The notes under the pieces: generated by a model
Told to the model about the DNA's origin: nothing
Seen by the model: the letters and a program-made list of their open reading frames with translations, nothing else
Databases searched by the model: none
Made by a program: the position numbers and the translations under genes
NCBI GenBank assembly: GCA_016717165.1
Contig: JADKGA010000001.1
Coordinates: 188,592 to 252,591, forward strand
DNA from: Candidatus Lutibacillus vidarii
GTDB lineage: Bacteria; Actinomycetota; Actinomycetes; Actinomycetales; Dermatophilaceae
Direction: 5' to 3'
Length of the DNA: 64,000 nucleotides
In this document: positions 58,528 through 64,000 of the stretch, in pieces
Position numbering within the stretch: position 1 is the stretch's first letter
Layout: every line of letters starts with the position of its first letter

Positions 58528-59865
58528 TCAGCCGATCCGCTCGGTGGTGACGGTGAAGCCCTGACCCCGCAGCCGCTCCGCCAGCACCGCCCCGATGCCG
58601 GTGGCGGGGGTCAGCACGCCGGCCCGGTCCGGGAGCAGGCTGGGGTCGCCCGCCAGCGCCAGCGCCGACTGGCCGAACATCACCGCGGTGCCGTCATACC
58701 CAGGGTCGAGGTGAGCGCCGACGACGGTGCGGTACCTCGCTCCGGTGACCGTCGACGCGAGGAGCTCGACGAGGAAGCGTCCGCTGCGCCGGGTCTGCTC
58801 GGACGGGCCCTCGCCAGGGGCGGGCAGCCATCGGTCGACCACGGGGCGCAGCAGGTCGCTGCCCATTGCTGTGAAGACGCCGCCCATCGCCGCAGCCATG
58901 CCGGTGCCGATCAACGGGGCGGTGGGGGAGCTGCCGAGGTCGAGGACCTCACGATATGAGAGGTCGCGGCCGTACGACCATCCGGTGAGGGAGTTGCTGC
59001 GGCGGACCAGCCGGGTGTTGAAGGGGGCCATGACGAAGGGGCCGTACCAGTGCCCGTCGGAGGCGTCCCGGCTGACCGGCACCATCGACCGGGCCACCTT
59101 GGCCGACCGGGTGAGCACCCCGAGTACTGCGCCGACCGAGGAACCGCTCGCCGCTCCGGACCCGGACCCAGAACCCGACCGCGTCCTGCGCCTCGGCTCG
59201 TGATCGCGGTCGGCGCTGAGCGCGTACGGGTCGGTGAGCACCTTCTTCGCCCACGGGTCCTCGGCCATGGCGATGGCCTGTTGGCGGGCCGAGTCGACGG
59301 TGCCGCCGCTGAAGCCCGCCCGGAGCTTGCGGACGTAGAGCGTCGCGTCGGTCAGGCCGCCGTCATGCGCCTCCAGCGCCGCGGTCGCGGTGAGGAGGAC
59401 CGCGAGGTCGGAGGGGACCGAGTCGAAGCCGCACGAGTTGACGATCCGCGCTCCGGAGCGTCGGGCCTCCTCGTGGAGCATGTCCGCGCAGCGCCGGACG
59501 AAGAGCACCTCGCCGGTGAGGTCCGCATAGTGCGTCCCGCGCAGCGCACACGCGGCCGCGAGCGGCATACCGAGCTTGTGGTACGGCCCTACCGTCGTCG
59601 CGACGACGCGGGTGCGTGCGGCGAGCGCCCGCAGCCCATCGCTGTCGTGCGCGTCGACCTCGATGATCGGCCAGTCGGCGGCCGCTGCGCCGAGCTCGTC
59701 GCGGACGGCGGTGAGCCGGGCCGTCGAGCGCCCGGCCAGGGCGATCCTGGCCGACCCTGCCTCCGCGGCGAGGTGGGCGGCGGTGAGCTGACCGACGAAG
59801 CCGCTGGCCCCGACGAGGACGACGTCAAGCTCCCGATCGGTTCGCGCCGGGGGGGTCGTGCTCAT
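58528..59865 (-). CDS. saccharopine dehydrogenase-family (trans-acting enoyl reductase-like) protein
   Basis: 445 aa. The Rossmann motif is VVLVGASGFVGQLTAAHL. Length and the middle region YADLTGEVLFVRR are typical. Confidence 0.75.
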   Translation of the reverse strand: MSTTPPARTDRELDVVLVGASGFVGQLTAAHLAAEAGSARIALAGRSTARLTAVRDELGAAAADWPIIEVDAHDSDGLRALAARTRVVATTVGPYHKLGMPLAAACALRGTHYADLTGEVLFVRRCADMLHEEARRSGARIVNSCGFDSVPSDLAVLLTATAALEAHDGGLTDATLYVRKLRAGFSGGTVDSARQQAIAMAEDPWAKKVLTDPYALSADRDHEPRRRTRSGSGSGSGAASGSSVGAVLGVLTRSAKVARSMVPVSRDASDGHWYGPFVMAPFNTRLVRRSNSLTGWSYGRDLSYREVLDLGSSPTAPLIGTGMAAAMGGVFTAMGSDLLRPVVDRWLPAPGEGPSEQTRRSGRFLVELLASTVTGARYRTVVGAHLDPGYDGTAVMFGQSALALAGDPSLLPDRAGVLTPATGIGAVLAERLRGQGFTVTTERIG

Positions 59866-61109
59866 GGTGTCGCCTCCAAGGTCGGGTCGAGCATGCGGGC
59901 CAGGGCTGGGACGACTCCCCAGCTGGTGGACAGGGCGTCATCGGCGGCGACCTGCGCGGGATCGGGGGTGGCGCCGGTGCGCCGGGCGCGGATCATCGCA
60001 TTTCGCGGGGTATGCCGTGAGTCGACGAACTCGACCACATCGACACGGTAGCCGTGCCGACGCAGGACGGCAGCCCGCAGGGCGTCGGTGAGGACGTCGG
60101 CGAAGCGTTCCCGCAGGATCGGGTGGGTGGTGATGCTGCGGTACTCGGGAGGCCCAGGTGGCCCGGGCGGCCCAGGTCGCCCGGCCGTGGCGGGCGAGGT
60201 GGTGAGCTGGCGCTGGATGTCGTGATGGCAGCACGGCGCCGCGAGGACGACTGGGGCCTGCCAGCGGACCGCCCGGGCCAGCGCCTCGTCGGTGGCGGTG
60301 TCGCACGCGTGCAGGGCGAGGACGACGTCGACTCCGTCAAGCCCGGCGTCAGCGGCTGCGATGGTCCCGGAGACGAAGGTCAGCCCGTCCAGCCCTGCGT
60401 GGTCCGCGCGTGCAGCGGACCGGTCGACGAGGTCGCCGCGCAGCTCGACCCCGACGGTGACGGTGCCCGGGCGCTGGGCGCACAGGTACCGGTGGGCCGC
60501 CATCGTCAGATAGGCGTTGCCGCACCCGAGGTCGACGACCCGCAGCGGCCGACCCGCCGGGAAGGCCTTGTCGACGACCGGGGCCATGAGCCGCAGGAAG
60601 GCGTCGACCTGGCGCCTCTTGTCCGCATCGGCGCCCGCGCCGAGGACGTCGTAGAGCGGATCGTCCGGGTCGATGAGCCGCGCCTTGACCCGGTCGTGGC
60701 TGCGGCTGGCGACACCGCGTCGGCTGGTGGCGGCTTCATGCACCTGTGCTTGGCCGCGCTTGGTCACCCGCAGCTGGACGGTTGTCGACTCGGTTTCGAC
60801 ATGCCAGCTCCGCAGCGGCAGCGCGACCAGCCCGGCGACGAGATCGGCCCACCCAGCGGTGTCGCCGAGGGCGACATTGCGGGTGTCGACCCGAGGGCCG
60901 GTGCGCCATACACACTGCACGTGTGGCCCGGACTTGAGGTCAACGACCCGCAGCTCCACCCGATCCACCCGCTCTGCCGGCGGCGGCTCCGTGCCGCGGA
61001 CCGGTCGCGAACCGGCGGTGCCGACCGCCCGGACCAGCGCGGCGGGGTCGAGCAGCAGCGCCCGGACCCGGGCCAGCCCCTGCTCGAGCGGTTCCGGCAT
61101 ACCGCTCAT
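59862..61109 (-). CDS. class I SAM-dependent methyltransferase
   Basis: This is the 3' 415 codons of track ORF 59862..61973, from ATG 61109 (MSGMPEPLEQ). SAM motif I is VVDLGCGNAYLT. There is a 4-nt overlap with the downstream gene. Confidence 0.7.
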   Translation of the reverse strand: MSGMPEPLEQGLARVRALLLDPAALVRAVGTAGSRPVRGTEPPPAERVDRVELRVVDLKSGPHVQCVWRTGPRVDTRNVALGDTAGWADLVAGLVALPLRSWHVETESTTVQLRVTKRGQAQVHEAATSRRGVASRSHDRVKARLIDPDDPLYDVLGAGADADKRRQVDAFLRLMAPVVDKAFPAGRPLRVVDLGCGNAYLTMAAHRYLCAQRPGTVTVGVELRGDLVDRSAARADHAGLDGLTFVSGTIAAADAGLDGVDVVLALHACDTATDEALARAVRWQAPVVLAAPCCHHDIQRQLTTSPATAGRPGPPGPPGPPEYRSITTHPILRERFADVLTDALRAAVLRRHGYRVDVVEFVDSRHTPRNAMIRARRTGATPDPAQVAADDALSTSWGVVPALARMLDPTLEATP

Positions 61110-61133
61110 CTTGGCACCGCGTACGCTGCGGAG

Positions 61134-62246
61134 GTGACCAGCGTCCCTGTCAGCGAGCCGAGCCCGCCGGTCCTGCCCGCGCCCGCCGCGCTCGTCCTGC
61201 GCGGTCGGCGGTATGACGCGGCCCGCCCCGCGGTGATGGCGATCATCAACCGCACCCGCGACTCGTTCTGGCCGGGCAACCGGCATGCCGACGACGACTC
61301 GGCCCGGGCCGCACTGGCCCGCGCTGTCGAGCTCGGCGCGGATATCGTCGACGTCGGCGGGGTCCGGGCCGGCCAGGAGGGTGAGTGGGTCGACGCGGCC
61401 GAGGAGATCCGCCGGGTCATCCCCTTCCTCACGTATGCGCGGGAGACCTACCCCGACCTGCTCATCAGCCTCGACACCTGGCGCGCCGAGGTGGCTGCAG
61501 CGGCGCCGGACGGGGTCGTCGACATCGTCAACGACACCTGGGCCGGCGCCGACCCCGAGCTGGTCCACTGCGCCGCCGAGCGCGGCGCGGCGATCGTCTG
61601 CTCGCACAGCGGCGGCCTTCCGCCGCGCACCGACCCCATCGCTATCACGTATGGCGACGACCCGCTCGACGTCGTCCGGCACGTCCTGCGGACCCTCGCC
61701 GACGGGGCAGAGCGTGCGTTGGCGGCCGGCATCCCGCCGGAGCGGATCCTCGTCGACCCGACCCTCGACTTCGGCAAGACGACTCGGCACTCGCTGACCG
61801 TGCTGCGGCATACCGCCGATGTCACCGCGCTGGGGTTTCCGGTGCTCCAGGCTCTTTCGCGCAAGGACTTCATCGGCGAGTCGCTCGACCTGCCCGCGGA
61901 CGACCGGCTCGAGGGCACCCTGGCCGCGACCGCGGTGGCGGCGTGGCTCGGCGCCACCGTCTTCCGGGCGCACGACGTCCGAGCGACGCGACGGGTCATC
62001 GACATGGTGGCCGTGATCCGCGGCGACCGCCCGCCGGCCCTGTCGGTGCGCGGGGTCCCGACCGGGGCGGCGACCCAGGGGCCGGGTGCGTCCGCTGCTG
62101 TCTTGGCGGGTGCGCCGGCGGGTGGGGGTGCGGGTGCGGTGGCGGGCGGGGGTGCAGCCGGGGGCGCGGCCAGGGGTGCGGCCGGGGGTGCAGCCGGGGG
62201 TGCGTCCTCGTCGGGCGCGCGAGATCCGGAGGTGAGGCGAACCTGA
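61134..62246 (+). CDS. dihydropteroate synthase-like (pterin-binding, FolP2-type) protein with a Gly/Ala-rich tail
   Basis: GTG 61134. AIINRTRDSFWPG, ADIVDVGG, DIVNDTWAG and FRAHDV are DHPS-fold motifs. The last ~70 aa are low-complexity G/A. Confidence 0.75.
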   Translation: MTSVPVSEPSPPVLPAPAALVLRGRRYDAARPAVMAIINRTRDSFWPGNRHADDDSARAALARAVELGADIVDVGGVRAGQEGEWVDAAEEIRRVIPFLTYARETYPDLLISLDTWRAEVAAAAPDGVVDIVNDTWAGADPELVHCAAERGAAIVCSHSGGLPPRTDPIAITYGDDPLDVVRHVLRTLADGAERALAAGIPPERILVDPTLDFGKTTRHSLTVLRHTADVTALGFPVLQALSRKDFIGESLDLPADDRLEGTLAATAVAAWLGATVFRAHDVRATRRVIDMVAVIRGDRPPALSVRGVPTGAATQGPGASAAVLAGAPAGGGAGAVAGGGAAGGAARGAAGGAAGGASSSGARDPEVRRT

Positions 62247-62458
62247 CCGTTCACCGCTCCAAAGGCGACATTGGTGCCGGTACCTGGTAGCGTCATACCT
62301 GGTTGCAATTGCAGTTCCCGCAGTCGCTATGCGCTCGCTGTGGTACTACGCAGCGGGCGCTTCGCTCTATCGGGGCCTCCTCGGTGGTGTGGGGTGTGCG
62401 GCAGCTAGGGAGTCATGACGTGTGTCTCCCTTCGCTTAGACAGACAAGGAAAAACCCC

Positions 62459-62662
62459 ATGGCACAGGGAACCGTGAAGTGGTTCAACGCGGAGAAGGGC
62501 TTCGGCTTCATCGCCCAGGATGGCGGCGGGCCGGACGTGTTCGTCCACTACTCGGCCATCCAGATGAATGGGTACCGGGTTCTCGAAGAGGCGCAGCGCG
62601 TCGAGTTCGAGATCGTCCAGGGCCCTAAGGGTGCACAGGCCGACGCTGTTCGCCCGATCTGA
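62459..62662 (+). CDS. cspA: cold-shock protein (CspA family)
   Basis: 67 aa. [34 protein letters not shown] contains the RNP1/RNP2 motifs. A leader of about 200 nt lies upstream. Confidence 0.95.
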   Translation: MAQGTVKWFNAEKGFGFIAQDGGGPDVFVHYSAIQMNGYRVLEEAQRVEFEIVQGPKGAQADAVRPI

Positions 62663-62676
62663 CTAGACGTCGTTCA

Positions 62677-62710
62677 ACGACCCCCGAGCCTGCAGGCTCG
62701 GGGGTCGTTG
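62677..62710 (+). terminator. intrinsic terminator after cspA
   Basis: aacgacccccgagcc tgca ggctcgggggtcgtt forms a perfect 15-bp stem followed by gtcgtt. Confidence 0.75.
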
Positions 62711-62765
62711 TCGTTCAAGGGGCTACGGTGGGGTGAGCGCGGCGCGGCGGCGCCGGTTCACTCGT

Positions 62766-63266
62766 GCTCGACGCCCGTCTCCCTCCTGCTCGCCGCCAGT
62801 CCACTCCCGCTCGACGATCGTCTCCCTCCCTCGCCTCGCCGCCTGTCTCCCTGGGGCTCGACGCCTGTACCACTCCTGCTTGACGCCCGTCTCCCTCCGG
62901 CCCGCCGCAGGCCTCCCTCCTGCCCGCTGCCGAGAGATGGGAAATGGCTGGTATGGCGGGGGTGTTGGGGCGGCATACCGTGCTTTTGCCATCTCTCGAT
63001 GAGGGGGTGGGGAGGTCCCGCGGGGCCGCCGCCGGTCGGTCCTGCACGCCACCGGTCAGGCTCGTTGGCCTCGGTCGACCAGGGCTCGCCGCCGGTCCAC
63101 TCTGGCTCGACGCCCGTCTCCCTCCTGCTCGCCGCCAGTCCAGTCCTGTTGGCCGCCGGTTCACTCCGGCCCGCCGCATGTCTCCCTCCTGCCCGCTGCC
63201 GAGAGATGGGAAATGGCTGGTATGACGGGGTGTTGGGGCGGCATACCGTGCTTTTACCATCTCTCG
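62766..63266. repeat. composite non-coding repeat region with two copies of a long hairpin module
   Basis: A 38-nt block gctcgacgcccgtctccctcctgctcgccgccagtcca occurs at 62766 and 63105. Hairpin modules lie at 62931-62998 and 63200-63266 (25-nt arms cgagagatgggaaatggctggtatg / cataccgtgcttttgccatctctcg). gtctccctcc sub-repeats lie between them. Confidence 0.85.
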
Positions 63267-63387
63267 ATGGGATCAGGGCAGGGCGCGCGTGAGCTAACGG
63301 CGATGTAAGGCAGCCGGGGGCCCGCGCCTGTCCCCGGGGGCGGCCCGCCGGGGGCTGAGCGTGCTGGTGGTCGCTCAGACGGAGTCG

Positions 63388-64000
63388 TCAGCAGGCGGCG
63401 CCGAGGTCGACCGCAGTGCCGGGGTCGACCGAGGTGGACGGCGACGACGTCGGCTTGGAGGTCGCCGTCCCCGACGGAGTGTTTGATGGGGACGTCGTGG
63501 TCCCGGTCGGGGTTGACGTCGGAGCGGCGAGGGCGTCGGCGACCATCCGTCTGATGGCGGCGAAGTCGGGGCGGACGACGGAGATATTGTCCGGGGTCAA
63601 CGCGAGCGAGCGCACCGAGGCCTTCTGCACCTTCAACACCAGATCCGCCCAGTCCGACAGGGCACCCACGGGGATGTCGGTGCTGACGTTCTCCTTCACC
63701 GCGCCGGCGATCTCGGGGTAACGGCGCAGCAGGTTGCCGGGGTTGGCCTGCTTGAGGAAGGCGTTGACGACGCACCGCTGGCGCTTCATCCGGTCGAAGT
63801 CAGAGCCTTTCGAGTAGACGCGGGACCGCGCGTACCAGAGAGCGTGGTAGCCGTCGAGAGTCTGCCGTCCGGCACGGATCCACGAGGTGATCGGGTAGTT
63901 CGGCGGCGGGCCGTAGATCGCGATGTCCTCGACCACGTTGATCTCGACGCCACCCATCGCGTCGACGAGCTGGCGGAAGCCGGCGAGGTCGGCGATGACG
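63388..64000 (-). CDS. LCP-family (LytR-CpsA-Psr) protein, C-terminal part (gene continues past the right edge)
   Basis: LDGYHALWYARSR and DFDRMKRQRCV are LCP catalytic-domain motifs. There is a Thr/Ser/Pro-rich C-terminal tail. The reverse-strand frame stays open to the end of the window. Confidence 0.8.
   Translation of the reverse strand, partial: VIADLAGFRQLVDAMGGVEINVVEDIAIYGPPPNYPITSWIRAGRQTLDGYHALWYARSRVYSKGSDFDRMKRQRCVVNAFLKQANPGNLLRRYPEIAGAVKENVSTDIPVGALSDWADLVLKVQKASVRSLALTPDNISVVRPDFAAIRRMVADALAAPTSTPTGTTTSPSNTPSGTATSKPTSSPSTSVDPGTAVDLGAAC

Noticed and set aside
62715-63260. A 181-aa reverse-strand ORF downstream of cspA.
   Set aside because: The translation is Arg/Pro/Gly low-complexity and simply mirrors the DNA repeats. 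The region is better explained as a non-coding repeat and hairpin array.

Overview
This 64-kb window comes from a high-G+C (roughly 70%, judged by eye) Actinomycetota chromosome. It is densely coding, with about 55 CDS and 2 tRNAs. I recognised no rRNA, CRISPR array, transposase or integrase. Most content is core metabolism and transport. From left to right: a polar amino-acid ABC transporter; paaI/paaH-like/paaN-like phenylacetate genes; a NUDIX protein; an aminotransferase; a SulP permease; a three-gene 2-oxoacid dehydrogenase operon (E1a/E1b/E2); LysE and MFS exporters; an ArsR-type regulator operon; and a GPAT / HAD-PlsC / WS-DGAT lipid module. Next comes the conserved, functionally unexplained RDD / SpoIIM-like / DUF58 / MoxR / DUF4350 / DUF4129 / Pro-rich membrane protein cluster. 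After it: a CopD-CtaG fusion, a nitrilase-family enzyme, a Zn-ADH, a secreted S53 peptidase with a 747-aa secreted partner, and a FadE5-like acyl-CoA dehydrogenase. Two small-helical-protein-plus-hydrolase pairs look like type VII-style secreted effectors. The remainder holds DUF4097 with an RHH protein, dcd, a membrane Fe-S reductase, cysK-cysE, a PadR module, a DHPS-like paralog, cspA and an LCP protein. Several gene orders match my recollection of M. tuberculosis loci (bkdABC, plsB2-plsC-tgs, fadE5, Rv0338c, cysK-cysE, folP2). The most unusual signals are not genes. (1) The octamer CGGCATAC/GTATGCCG occurs about 54 times (hand count), far above base-composition expectation. It is written into ORFs with otherwise rare codons and often forms close inverted pairs. 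(2) A low-GC palindromic intergenic element (a perfect 20-21 bp hairpin core flanked by exact TTATCCACA boxes) is present in three full copies plus one solo box pair. (3) There are several tandem and hairpin repeat regions (28-bp minisatellite, repeats downstream of cspA, duplicated tRNA-Ser 3' end). All calls come from reading the sequence and ORF track by eye; no searches were run.
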